Shown here in pieces: positions 49,887-62,809 of a stretch of 64,000 nucleotides of DNA. The position numbers and the translations under genes were made by a program. Source of the stretch: Macrostomum hystrix (Eukaryota; Animalia; Platyhelminthes); contig CATNEN010000033.1 of the NCBI GenBank assembly GCA_950097015.1, positions 3,782,001-3,846,000 on the forward strand, in the 5' to 3' direction. The first letter of the stretch is position 1. Every line of letters begins with the position of its first letter. Below the pieces are notes generated by a model. That model was not told the origin of the DNA. It was given only the letters and a program-made list of their open reading frames with translations, and did not search any database.

Positions 49887-52800
49887 CTACTTTCGCTTGC
49901 TGATTGACAGAAATGGCAGGTCCAGTTGCACCTTCTGTCTCTCCTTGGGCGCCTGCGTGTTCAGGACGAAACTGCGGAGGTCGATGGGTGGGGAAGGGTT
50001 AGAAGGCTGCATGAGTACACAGATTCAATTAATCTCAGCTGACCTTTTAAACTGCTCAACCACCGGGTCGACATCATCGTCTATTTCGCCGCCGTGAGCT
50101 GACGCGTCTCTGGGACGAAACACTTCCTCTGCAATATATTGGCGAATGGGACTATATGCTGGTATGTAACACACACTGACCTGCATCTGCTGAGCACACA
50201 CTGACCTCCATCAGCTGAGCACACACTGACCTGCATCAGCTGAGCACACACTGACCTGCATCAGCTGAGCACACACTGACCTGCATCAGCTGAGCACACA
50301 CTGACCTGCATCAGCTGAGCACACACTGACCTGCATCAGCTGAGCACACACTGACCTGCATCAGCTGAGCACACACTGACCTGCATCAGCTGAGCACACA
50401 CTGACCTGCATCAGCTGAGCACACACTGACCTGCATCAGCTGAGCACATACTGACCTGCATCTGCTGAGCACACACTGACCTGCATCAGCTGAGCACATA
50501 CTGACCTGCATCTGCTGAGCACACACTGACCTGCATCAGCTGAGCACACACTGACCCACATCTGCTGAGCACACACTGACCCACATCTGCTGAGCACACA
50601 CTGACCCACATCTGCTGAGCACACACTGACCTGCATCAGCTGAGCACACACTGACCTGCATCAGCTGAGCACACACTGACCTGCATCAGCTGAGCACACA
50701 CTGACCCACATCTGCTGAGCACACATACTGACCTGCATCAGCTGAGCACACACTGACCCACATCTGCTGAGCACACACTGACCCACATCTGCTGAGCACA
50801 CACTGACCCACATCTGCTAAGCACACACTGACCCACATCTGCTGAGCACACACTGACCCACATCTGCTGAGCACACACTGACCCACATCTGCTAAGCACA
50901 CACTGACCCACATCTGCTGAGCACACACTGACCCACATCTGCTGAGCACACACTTAACTACAAGTACACCTGCTGGTGAAAGAAAAAGTAATCTCACCAA
51001 TATCGTCCATCCGACCTCGGGACTCCCTGTCCCGATGGTGCTGATTCTGCTGTTGGCTGTGCAGCTGTGGATAGTTCTGCTGGTACAGCAGGTGCTGTTG
51101 CTGGTGATTATGGTTGTGCAAGTGCTGCTGGTTCTGCTGATGCGCTTGCTGGTGGTGGCGTGGCGGCTGTTTGTTGTTTTGCTGCTGCTGATGCTGCTTC
51201 GGCTGAAAAGGCATTTGCTGATGTTGCTTGGCCTGAGTTGGTTGCCTTTGCTGCTGCTGCTGCTGTTGCTGTTGCCGATGCACTTGATTTTGCTGAGCAC
51301 GATGAAGTTGCTGCTGTTGCAATGGCTGTAGCGGCGATGGCTGCTGCTGCTGTCCTTGCCGATGACTTCGCCGCTCAACAGCAACAGAACGAGCTGTATT
51401 GACTGCAGGCGGCTGGGCGGAAGGAGCTACCGCGGCAGCTTGCAGCAACTGCGGGGCCAACCCATTCTGCCGCAGCGGTTGCTGAGACTGACGTGGATTG
51501 GTGCGCCCCGCTGATTGAGGTTGTTGCTGCTGCTGCTGCTGCTGCTCCTGCTTTTGTTGCTGCTGAATCTTGCGAGGTGCTGCTTTGACGCTAGTCTGAG
51601 ACTGCTGCTGCAGCTGCTGTTGAGACCTACCGCTTTTCCCCCCCGGGGTCTGTGTCACTTGCAACTGCGGCTGGGACGATTTAACGGGCGCTTTTGCTGT
51701 TTGACTTTGGGCCTGCAGCTTCTGGGGCCTTAGCTGCTGTTGCTGAGGGGGCGCTGGTGCAGGCACTGGCTGAGGAGGTGGTGGAGGTGGCGTCGGTGCT
51801 TTCTGCGGCGTCGGAGACGGCGATGGTGATGAAGACGGCGAGGGCACCCGAGCGTTGCTGGTGGCAGCTGCGTCTGCAGCAGCAGCGGCCTCGGCCTTCT
51901 TGGCTCGCTGACGAGCCTTTTTTGCTTCCCGCTTGGTCATCTTCTTAGACGTGGTGGAAGCTGCGGCTGTGGCTGAAGTTGACGGGCCGCCCGGAGCGCC
52001 GCCGGCAGCGGAGCCAGAAGACTTCTTTGAAGAACCACCTTCAATGAACTTGACCAGCTCGTCAATGTCAGCAGTTTGATCTGGCACTTTCGATTTCTGC
52101 GGCGATCGCCGCGCCAGGGTCGGCGGCGGTTGCTGCTGCTGTTGCTCCTGTTGCTGCTGCTGCTGCTTCTCTTCTGTCTCCTTCTTTTTCTGTAGCTTCA
52201 GCCTGAGCTGCTCGCGCATCTCAAAGAATTTCGGCGGCACCGGAGGCTGCTGGCCGCCGGTGTGACCGAAGACCTCGCAGTAGCAGCAGTCGCAATACTT
52301 GGAGTTGCCGCTGCTGCCCCGATGGCAGGCCGAGTCACCAGAGCCGAGATCTTCGTCATCCTCGTCATCTTCTTCATCGTCTTCCCCCTCGTCATCGCAG
52401 TCGTCTTCGTCATCTCCGTCACCGGCGCAGGCTCCGCCGTGGCAGCGATGCCCGCAGGCCGTGACAGCTGTCGAGGTCGCTGCCGAGCCCCCGGACGTTG
52501 GTACCGGCAGCAGCAGGTGATGCGGCGGCAGTTGCGGCATGGGCATTGGCAATGACGGAGCAGGAATCTGCGGCTGCGAAGGCAAAGGAGACGCCGATGC
52601 TGAAGCCGGCGAAGGCGAGGCCGAAGCTGACGAGCCGACGCGGGAATTGGCTGGGGCGCAGTCAGAAGGCGGGGGCGGAAGCGCAGACAGCGACATGCTG
52701 GGGTCGTAGCTGAACGGGTAGCCATTTTCTGACCCGTCTGATGCATCAGAGCCCGCGTCCTCCTCATCGCCGTCGGCATCTTCATCGTCAGCAGCATCGT

Positions 52801-52966
52801 CGTCGTCCTCGTCGTCGTCGTCCCGATCGGAGGCCGAAGACGAGCAGCTAATTGACGGTGCGCGCAGGCCGCATGTGAAGCGGTGCATTGAGCAGTGCGA
52901 GCAGCCGCACAGAGTCTTCTGGCACCTGCCGCACACCGTGAATCGACCCTCCTGCAGCTGCTGAAC

Positions 52967-53005
<39 letters not shown>

Positions 53006-54866
53006 ATGCTGCTGCTGATGCTGCTGCTGATGCTGCTGCTGATGATGTCGCCTGTGTCGCGGCTGGTGACAGTGGTAGCGCTCCTGCCAGGTCTCCAGCA
53101 GCTGCTGAGAGCCACGCCAGCGACTGCTGACCTCAGTCATGGTGTTATCCAGCTCTAGATATGACCGCATGGGGTCTAACGAGGCATCGTCTTCGTTTGG
53201 CCGGAGCTTGTCCAATAGCACGGGCAGCACGGCCTGGACGGGTTGGGATTTAGTACAGTGTTTAATGTAGTGTTTAGTACCGAGCTAAAATGCACACTTT
53301 TTTTCAAGTTAAGTCAAGAATCGAACCCTGGCACTCTAGAGCAAGTGTGAACTAAAGCATTCAGATATTTAGATAACACAAAGAGCTTCCTTTAGGCTGG
53401 GACTTTCTGGGCTACAGGCCGGCCCCCATGACAAGCTGAGTAAAGGCGCTCCAACCTGCAGCTCGTCGCACGAATAGACAAGCGAGTGGAACCAGTGCTC
53501 GCACAGCAGCTGCCAGGACAGGTCCATGCTGACCAGGTGCCCGGATTCCAGCCTGGCCACAGCCGAGGCTTGACGCGAAGCGGCCGCCCGCAGGTCGGCG
53601 AACTCCTGGCAGAGTGAGCGCACCAGAGCCCGGCACTGGTCCCGGCCAGAGACGCCGAACTCGCGCAGCTGACTCTGCAGCCGGGCGCCCGCCTCCTGCA
53701 CCTGAAGGTGTAAGCAATTATCCCCTAGAAAGTGGAAGCGGGAATCTCATCCCAACCAGTACGAGGACTAATTTTCTCACCTGCTGCCTCCCAACCTCTT
53801 CAAGCGCATTGTACAGAGCACCGGGGTCATTCTCGGCCAGCCAGTCCGCCTGAGCCGTCAGCCTACCCTCTGGCGGTGCTGCGGCATCGGCGGCCAGGAT
53901 GGCTTCGGCTGCAGCTCCGCCGCTGCCAAGCTCGCGAAGTCGCCGCTTAACAGACTGGGCCAACTCGGCGGAGGCCTCGACGGCCGCAGCGTTGACGCCA
54001 CCGCCGCCGCTGCAGCAGGCAAATGTCGATGAAGCAGTCGAATCCGACATTGGCGAATGCCGCCGAGAAAGCAGCGTCGAACAGGTCGGCGGCGGGGGCG
54101 GCTGACGAAACGGCAGATGCGCTGGCGAAAAGGCGGACGCCGGAATCGCCGCCGACATTCGCAACAGCGAGACTCCGCCATTCAGCATCGGTCCGGCCGG
54201 AGCCGGCGGCGCGCCCATCACCGGGCCGCTGACGACATTGTGACAGGCGAGAGGCCGGCGTGCCGCGGCCAGCTTCCTGTTGGGGATCTTCTTCGGGCTG
54301 CCGTTAGCCGTCCTGGCCTCGCCACCGCTGGCAGCCCAGGCCCCACTGGCCGCTCTGGCCGCATCGAAGGGACTCCAGTTGGTGGCGGTGAAATTTGCTA
54401 CACCGGGTGCCACGGCCAGGCCGCTGGTGGCGCTGAAGTTCAGGGAGAACGGCGACGGGCCGGTGGCGCCGGCGTAGGAGGAAGCCGCGGCCGCTAGGGT
54501 CGTTCGGTCCAACCGTAAAAGGCCGCCGGTTGCCGTGCTGTTGCTAGGCGATGCAGTCGACGCGGAGCTGCTATTATTGCTGCTGCTATTGTTCGCACCA
54601 TTGAATACAAAATTCGGCGAAGGCGCAGTTGTGGCCGCTACTGCTGCTGCTGTTGGGGGAGTTGTTGTCGTTGTTGAAATGCCAAATCCGATGCCGGTGA
54701 AGATTGCCGGCTGTTGATGATCTGGCGTAGAGGAAGCGCAGGACACGGCGGGCATGAGAACCGGGCCCCCGGCTGCGACAGTTGCGGCTGTGGCTGGCGC
54801 GCCCGGCATCGCGGCGCGGCGAATTCTCTTGCGTGTAGAGACCGCCTTGGGTCGGCTGCTGCTCAT
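49887..54866 (-). CDS. FAM193: FAM193-family protein (~1245 aa, 5 coding exons)
   Basis: Exons (minus strand): 54866-53781, 53701-53456, 53233-50998, 50128-50044, 49971-49887. Phase-consistent, 3738 nt. Motifs YCDCCYCEVFGH...FFEMREQLRLKLQKKK, DIDELVKFIEG and C-terminal EEVFRPRD...DPVVEQFKSFVL are characteristic of FAM193A/B as I recall them. An additional upstream exon is possible (acceptor near 54895). Confidence 0.85.
50168..50952. repeat. 25-bp minisatellite (ACACTGACCTGCATCAGCTGAGCAC)n in a FAM193 intron
   Basis: About 31 units. Confidence 0.96.
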
Positions 54867-55717
54867 AGCGACTGGCGGGGTTCCACTTTCAATCTGGAAT
54901 GATCCGAGCATCTCGTTCGAATAGATCTACACGTTCAAACAAAAAACCTGTGCCATTTTTACAATTTGTTGCATATTGTTTTAAAACTGAACTAAAAAAC
55001 ATATCGAAAACTAATAAGAACAATGCAGACTGCTTTTGTATTTACTTATTTGTCTGTCCTCTTTGGCTTTCTCATTTAGTATGTCATATTTATATTTTAG
55101 TCACTATTGTTATTTTCGCATATGCAACTTCAAAACATTCTCTTTCCTTTGTTTTTTTTGCTTTCCTACTCTATGCATGATTCAATCTTAGATGCTATTG
55201 AAGGCCCTTTCATTTCATTTTCTGTATTTTTCTTACATCTCATTATTATCTTTTGTATATATATATATATATATATATATGGTGCATTTGTTTTCCCAAT
55301 ATAATATGAGTCGAGTCACAAGGAAGAGGTTCACTTTAGCCTAGCGCCTAGCACATAAAACACAATGCAATGTGTTTGACTATTTGTGCCTTGTCTTCAG
55401 GGCCAGTCCATGCCCCTGCTGGCTTGCCCATGAGAGTTTTTCAGCAACTACACTTTAGAGAAATCTACCAAAGAAGTGCACCACAGATTGTCAACTATTT
55501 TTAAAGGTATATTTTATAATTATTCTACTTTTATCCTCACTTCATACTGATTCTTTAGTTTCATAGCTTAACAAAAAACTTTTGTTTGCAATGATAAAAA
55601 ATGTCATGCATAATAACATAATAGAACATATATGGCTGATATGACTAACACACAACTGAAACTACTTAAATCCAACTATATCAGTCATAGTCAATAAAAG
55701 ATGCCGTGAAGTTAATT

Positions 55718-56342
55718 TCAATTTTATCCGCACGGATCTATGCCGATAATTCTCTGCCTATCCACATGGCAGCTTGTTTTGCCGATAACTTTAAGAACTT
55801 GAAGCACATATTTTACAGGAACTGTGTGGCAATTTTCATGTACTATATACAACTGGCCATACATGTTTTCCAGAACCTGCAGTACCTATAGTAGGGCAGC
55901 TTTTAATTACAAGCAATGCACATGTTAAATTTTGAATAATCGTTAATTTTGAATCATATATAATGTTGCTAACAATAGCTTCAAGAATCACGCTGACATT
56001 TGTATTGCACACGCACTTAAAATATGATATCATGCACATGCACAAATGATACTACTGACTTGTTACCGTATGAAAATAAGGTTTCAGAAACTCAACGAAA
56101 GCATGTTAACTAGTTCTGTGCTTTCCTCTGCAAATCTTTACAATTGTGTGTCCTTCGGACTTAGGTGTTAAATTCTTGAGAGTTAAAACAGTGTCCCAAT
56201 GCTTTTGCTGGACAATTTTCTTAGTTGTAGACCTATTCATACAAGTTGCCGTGTAGATTTTCTGCAGATAAGCAGAAAATTATTGGCACGGATCTGTGTA
56301 GATAAAATTGAAATTATCGGCATGGGACCATGGGAATAAGCT
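55718..56342. mobile_element. Degenerate foldback/MITE-like element, same TIR family as 60867-61545
   Basis: Left TIR remnant TAATTTCAATTTTATCCGCACGGATCTATGCCGATAATT...GGCAGCTTG (~55718-55800). Right TIR TAGACCTATTCATACAAG...GGGAATAAGCT (56228-56342). Confidence 0.7.
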
Positions 56343-56790
56343 CCACCTAATAACTTAGTTAAACAGAACAAAGCATACTACTATGATATTAAAATAGCTT
56401 GTAATTGTTACTAACAAAGTTGCAGACATCAACAATGCTTAAAAATATTTTAAGAAAATCATTTGCATGAATTAAAAAAATTAATAGAAATTATCTGTTT
56501 TTTAGTATGAACCTTTTTACTATATTATTGTTTAAGCACTAAGAATAAAATAAAAAAGGAGGCAATTTTAATATGCAAAAAAATATAATTAGAGAATTTA
56601 ATATTATGGGTTTGCATGATGAACATGATAATTTTGGCATTAATTTTTGCAATCTAGTCTCTTACTATAGCTATAACTGGTAGAATATGTTAAAAGTAGT
56701 CATATAAATTAGCTACTAATGATAATAATATGAAATAATAATATTAGAAATTAAAAATATAATATTTTAACTATACACATGAGCATTCTT

Positions 56791-57420
56791 GGCTATGGTG
56801 GAGTTCTGTTCATTATATTATTTTTCAATTTCAAAATGGTGCCAAAAGCCCGGTAATGCAACGGATGATTTGGCATGATGTGGCATATGTATGTCTATGG
56901 TCTAAAATTGACTGTTGGCTCAAGTCAAGACCTTATCGGCTCAAGTTGCTCAAGTTGCTCAAGTTGCCTCAGCACAAATCAAAAGTACAAATCAACCCAA
57001 GCAGCTACTGGAGATGGCGGGTCGACCTACTGCACTATCGACGATTATTCTCCCAGAAGAGATTATGGCTGCTGTGGAACTATGCAACATAGAGGGCACA
57101 CACCAACACCGTGGAGGGCACCTGGGCACATGCCAAGGCCAGGCTGCGACAGATGCATAGCACATCGGATGCACTATTTGAGTCACATCTGCAGGAGTAC
57201 ATGTGGCGCCGTCTATACCCAGTCAATGCATTCGGCAACTTTATGTATTGGGTGTCCCACTATTATCCAACTTGATGAACAGATAAGGAACTGATGAACC
57301 TCTGATGAACTTTTCTGAGTGTCCTTTAAATGTTGCTGCGTTGGTCGTAAAACTTGTTTAACCTGTCCGCAGTCATTTCAAATTGCAAAAGAATATAACG
57401 AACGGAACTCCACCATAGCC
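56791..57420 (+). mobile_element. Non-autonomous Merlin (IS1595/ISXO2-like DDE) DNA transposon, 630 bp
   Basis: ~40-bp TIRs GGCTATGGTGGAGTTC(T/C)GTTC(A/G)TTATATT; perfect 8-bp TSD GCATTCTT (56783-56790 and 57421-57428). Transposase C-terminal remnant at 57096-57275: HTNTVEGTWAHAK...LFESHLQEYMWRR. Confidence 0.92.
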
Positions 57421-59544
57421 GCATTCTTTAATTGAACAACAATGAAATCATTTTGTTAACAGTTTATTGACAGTGTCAGACAATTTTAAAAATTAACATA
57501 GAGGCATTCATTTCTGATTCTGTTTAATAAATCAGATCAGGTAACCTTAAAATGGAGCAACAATTACTCATAAAAGTCTCAACTCAGCAGTTTGCAACTA
57601 TATTAATATAAAGCTAGAAAAAATATGTTTTTATTATTTGACACTCACATTATTTTTTTTATTTTATGTATGCTGATAAGGTCAAAAAGAAAATTCATTT
57701 CTTAAATACAATGCAGTAATACACAAAAATATTGAATTCTGTGACACACTACTACTCTTAAAATGTTTCTTTCACAAAATCAGTTTAACTTTTTGTTACT
57801 GAACAAAACAACAATGTGTGGAATGCTTGTGTTAATGCTATTTTAAAATTGAAATGGTCAATTATGGTCAATTTAATGAATATCATGAATGATGGTCGAT
57901 TTTTTACCCCTTTTATAATAACACTAGTGTGTGTAAAGTAAAAAACAATTCAGAATGTAAATTCTAAAATAAAAATTCACCAGCTTATTGATACACAAAA
58001 TAATTTTTTTAGGGGCCTACTAATGAAGAAAATACGAAAATATGAAGAAAATTTTTAAGAGAATCATTGATTATGAGCAACAATACTTTATTACCACAAT
58101 GAAGTTTAGAAGAAAACAGTATTTACATCAAGAGTAAATAACAAACCGTTATATTGCACCAAAAATATAAGACTATCAATTCTATCGATTCTATCAATTC
58201 TACTCTTACACTGCAAGATGAAGCAAATATATTTCTTCATTGTAGCACATATACGCAGCAAAACCAGTGGTCTTCGGTTTTCTGAAAAATTCGAAGAAAT
58301 CTATTTGCTTAAACAATATGTACTTCTTAAAATCTTAAATTACTAGTATAAATACTTGTTTGCATTCTTATTATATTTTGCCTATTTATTCAATTGAATT
58401 TGATACATATACTTCTATTTACCTGTGAAATTCACGATCATCATGCCGTTTACAAATACCGACGGTAAATAGTTTTATTTTTGTTGCTGTTTTACCGTAT
58501 GAGGGATTGCTACAATGCTTTGAACGTGTGGGGGTTTTAAAAGAAAAATACAAAGTTTATGGTTAATGCGGAGGTCATGGTATTTCAAAGTAGCTTTGCC
58601 TACTATTTTTTTAAGTAAAGTCAAGGCGTTTTAAAATCGAGAGTTGTTGAAACATTGATTAAAATTATCTGTAATTCGATCGTAACACGCTTGTTAATTC
58701 AATACTGACAGTTAATACTGTTTGTTCTTTGCGTAAAACAAGTTACGCATGATTGTTATAATAATCAGTTGTCAATGGCTATATGTTTGCAATAATAATT
58801 AACAATTGTAATTTTACAATACATTGTTCAATATGCAATGCTAATTTCTTGTGCGCGTGCTAAAATTTGATCTAGCATCTTGTGAATTTCAAACAGCAAA
58901 ATTGTTGTTTCGCGTGTCATCTCGCACATCTTCATCTCACAAGCAAAGATAAGTTAGCATGCATGTAAGCTGCATGTGGTCTAAAAGCCTCTCTGACTGA
59001 GTCGCCTACTCAAGCAGATAGTTAGAGACGAGTTGCGCAGCATACATGTAATACTGCTGAATTTTTAAACCTTTTTCATCTTCATCCTATTCATTGTCGC
59101 TTCCAAGACCTATGGAAGCACAAAGAATATTAAGTTAAGTGTGAAGCCGCTGTGAGTGCTGAGAAATTGCATTGCAATTCTTGCCACAGAGAGAGCTCTG
59201 ACTAGTACCGCTGAGTTTCTGTGTGAGAGCAGAGAATAGAGATAGGGCTAGTCAGTTCTCTGACTTAGTCCTTTAAAAATGCGTAAGTTGCAAATAAATC
59301 TAAACTCGCACCAGAGAATATTGGAACTGACATACTTTTGTTTAAATAGCGTCGCCAAGAAGTCATGAAGACAAAAAGTCCCTTTCTTTGACCCATTTTA
59401 GATATCTGGATTGCAATATCCAAATCCATAATTCACAATCTTTAAAAATAATATGCATTATTTAGATCCTTAGATTGTTATCTCACAACAATCTTATAGA
59501 CATCTCTAGATTTGTGGATTGGCTTATATTGAAGAATACCTAAT

Positions 59545-60070
59545 CGTTGGGAACAGGCTATGAGATGGGAAGAGGCCGTGAGATCGGAGGAGGCTGTGAG
59601 ATGAGAACAAGCTGTGGGGTGGGAACAGGCTGCGAGATGGGAAGAGGCTGTGGGATGGGAACAGGCTGCGAGATGGGAAGAGGCTGTGGGATCGGAGGAG
59701 ACTGAGATGGGAACAGGCTGTGAGATGGGAAGAGGCTGTGGGATGGGAACAGGCTGTGAGATGGGAAGAGGCTGTGGGATGGGAACAGGCTGCGAGATGG
59801 GAAGAGGCTGTGGGATGGGAACAGGCTGCGAGATGGGAAGAGGCTGTGGGATGGGAACAGGCTGCGAGATGGGAAGAGGCTGTGGGATCGGAGGAGACTG
59901 AGATGGGAACAGGCTGTGAGATGGGAAGAGGCTGTGGGATGGGAACAGGCTGTGAGATGGGAAGGGACCTGTGAGATGGGAAGATGCTGTGATGGGAAGA
60001 CTCTGTAGTATGGGAAGAAGTTGTGAGATGGAACACTTTTGGGCATGGGAACGGGTTGTGAGATGGAAAG
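59545..60070. repeat. 18-bp-based minisatellite (GAGATGGGAACAGGCTGT / GGGATGGGAAGAGGCTGT)n
   Basis: Tandem units; same family as 62050-62300. Confidence 0.94.
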
Positions 60071-60866
60071 TGGCAGTGAGAAGTTGCATAATAACGAATT
60101 GACTGCCCATGTTCCATAACCTTGGAATCCGCTGATGCCAGCCAAGTTTCTCTCCCATGATCATGTTCTATTGATTATTTGAGGCACAAAGCGATGCCAG
60201 GCAGGGTGGGCCACCTGGGCGAGGTGTTTCCACAACGCGAGAATTCGGTTTGCACTTATACCAGCATCTGCGTATTAAACAACTCACTGCGGTGTGGTGA
60301 CCCGGAATGAAGCAGAAATGCATAGCGAAAACCAACACAAAACAAGCAAACTAATTTAGGGGACGCAGATCTAACTACAGATTTCTTGCTGATTCGGTTT
60401 TGACTGTCTTGTCTTGCTCAAAATCAAACCTGTTTGGCGCTGCGTGGTGATTAATGAACATGGTAACAATAAGCAGCTCATTGTGAGACTGTCGACCATG
60501 CCTCATTTCCTCCTTCCTTCGTAAAAAAGTAATGCTTCAATGCGTGCTGACAAGCTGTCAAATTGACGCGGGCATTGCCAAACCTGCATTTGGGGATTGC
60601 TGCTACAAGACATCGCATATAGCAGACCCAAGCACTCCTTTATGACGTAATCAGTTATTAAGACCTCAGATCAGCATGTGTTCTAGCGCGCGATCTCACG
60701 GCAGCCCTGAGATATCTCAGTGTGCTCAAATGAACGACATGACAGTCATTCTGACATGCGTAAGTCAGGGCTTCCCGCATAGGTGGCCTTCTGTGATCCA
60801 GGAAATTGATCCCACTGAAGACACGAGCGAGGAGGCGAGATTGTGTGAGCAGCCCTTTTATATGGC

Positions 60867-61545
60867 AGAGCTTATTTCCACGGTCCCGTGCCGATAATTT
60901 CAATTTTATCCACACGGATCCGTGCCGATAATTTTCTGCTTATCCACACGGCAGCTTGTATGAATAGGTCTACAACTCTTTATATAAATATGACGTGCCG
61001 TTAATTTCTGAAATTTTATCCACACGGTTCTGTTCTTTGAAACGAGGACCTTTCGGGTTTGAACGTTTTGTTGAACCCTCAAGCCAATAGATTGACAAAG
61101 TTGACAGTGTGTTACGACAGTGTTCTACATTTCGACCTACACATTCATTAACCGACATTAATGTCATCCTTTTTAATTATTGTAATAACAAATTACTAAA
61201 TCTTTTGTCATTGTTACGTGTTTTCATTCGAATTGTATTGACTTAAAAAGTAAAAAGTCTATCAAAGAAAATCATACAAAAATTATGTCAACCAGCAGAA
61301 TTCTAGTCAGCACCAAACTCGTCACACAAATTATACATCGTTGTTTTTCTTTTACACTATGCATTGATAGTGTACACTATACACTATACTCTGAAGCAAA
61401 AGCCTTATGCTCAGAGAAGAATAGGCAGGGACTTGAAAGTAGACCTATTCATACAAGCTGCTGTGGGGATAAGCAGAAAATTATCGGCACGGATCCGTGT
61501 GGATAAAAGTGAAATTATCGGCACGGGACCGTGGGAATAAGCACT
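60867..61545. mobile_element. Foldback/MITE-like element with ~105-bp TIRs
   Basis: 60867-60972 is the near-perfect reverse complement of 61440-61545. The TIRs contain internal GCCGATAATTT...TTATCCACACGG subrepeats and enclose an AT-rich non-coding interior. No clear TSD. Confidence 0.85.
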
Positions 61546-62049
61546 TTCCTTTTATATATGCGAGCGCTGGGTACTAGCTTAGATACACGGTTTCTCTGAG
61601 TACGCGACGCAGCTCTGTGTCTGGGGGCCAGTGGTCTAGGGGTATGGTGGCTGAGTCCATGTCTCCATCAATCAGGCGAGCTGTCATGGCTAAATCAAGC
61701 AAGCATTATTTGTATCGCTGTTCGACCGTCCGATTTTATTTTTTTTTTCTGTTCATATTTGGGTCTGTATTTCGCTGTCCCCTCTCTCTCCTCCAGTGTT
61801 GCGTAATCATTCTGTCCGGTCTGCTGAGCGAATGCAAAAGAAGCGGAGGGAGAAGGTGCAATAACAAGCTCGGCTGTGATTGACACCTCCAGTGAGGAAA
61901 AAAGTTTGTGAAATAAATATCTGGTGGCAAGCAGACACGGAAATGTCTACCGAGTGATGATGAGAGGTGATATTCGGAGAAGAAAATTTTAAGTCAAGGT
62001 GGTTAGAGACACAACTGTCACTCTGACAGAAAAGGAACAGATGGTTAAG

Positions 62050-62300
62050 ATGAGCACAGGCTGTGAGATGAGCGCAGGCTGTGAGATGGGAGCAGGCTGT
62101 GAGATGGGAGCAGGCTGTGAGATGGGAGCAGGCTGTGAGATGGGAGCAGGCTGTGAGATGGGAGCAGGCTGTGAGATGGGAGCAGGCTGTGAGATGGGAA
62201 CAGGCTGTGAGATGGGAACAGGCTGTGAGATGGGAAGAGGCTGTGAGATGGGAGCAGGCTGTGAGATGGGAACAGGCTGTGAGATGGGAACCTGCAGCGA
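62050..62300. repeat. 18-bp minisatellite (GAGATGGGAGCAGGCTGT)n
   Basis: About 13 units. Confidence 0.95.
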
Positions 62301-62809
62301 CTGAGCAGTGTGAATAAGGAGGAGAGACAGATGGCGAGTACATCTAAAGTGAGTTGCCTTGAGAACTTAGGATTCAATCTGGCGAAGCCGATTGAAATTC
62401 AATCCACTTATTTCTAAAGATCCCATGGGAGATATGGTCGAGGGCCAAATTTTAGGGTGCCTCGGGAGAAATCGGGCTGTGCAAGTTGGGAAAAAATCCC
62501 AAGCAGCCTACAAAGCAATAATGCATGCAGAAACTCATTACTGTCAAGCAATTTCTTCCCAGGACTTGGAAAACGAACTTGGCAGCCCACGACTGCCACC
62601 TGTCACGTCAGAAACAATATTTTCAGGCAAGCTCAGCAGTCGCAGTTTGTATTGAAATCCATTCTGAAAGTCGGCACCTCCTCTTCAAATCCCTTGGCTA
62701 CGTGGGCTCCTGCCCACAGAAATTTATACAGCATCTATTTGATAGCTGTGGCTGACTTCTAAGAAAACAACAATTATCAAATTAACTGGTTTTCAGCTTC
62801 TAGCATTCA

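Noticed and set aside
58915-59332. Possible solo LTR (TGTCA...TGACA with an AATAAA near the 3' end)
   Set aside because: No target-site duplication and no second copy in the window; a 5-bp inverted match can arise by chance.
60890-61030. Repeated TTATCCACA (bacterial DnaA boxes) suggesting an oriC or bacterial insert
   Set aside because: They are subrepeats of the transposon TIR; there are no bacterial genes or other oriC features.
61622-61650. tRNA-Pro-like GTGGTCTAGGGGTATG
   Set aside because: Only a D-arm-sized match, with no anticodon arm, T arm or B box; not a tRNA gene.
760-62377. Many long ORFs in the track with periodic peptides ([38 protein letters not shown], etc.)
   Set aside because: They are translations of tandem repeats lacking stops in some frames, open on several frames and strands at once, and mostly intronic.
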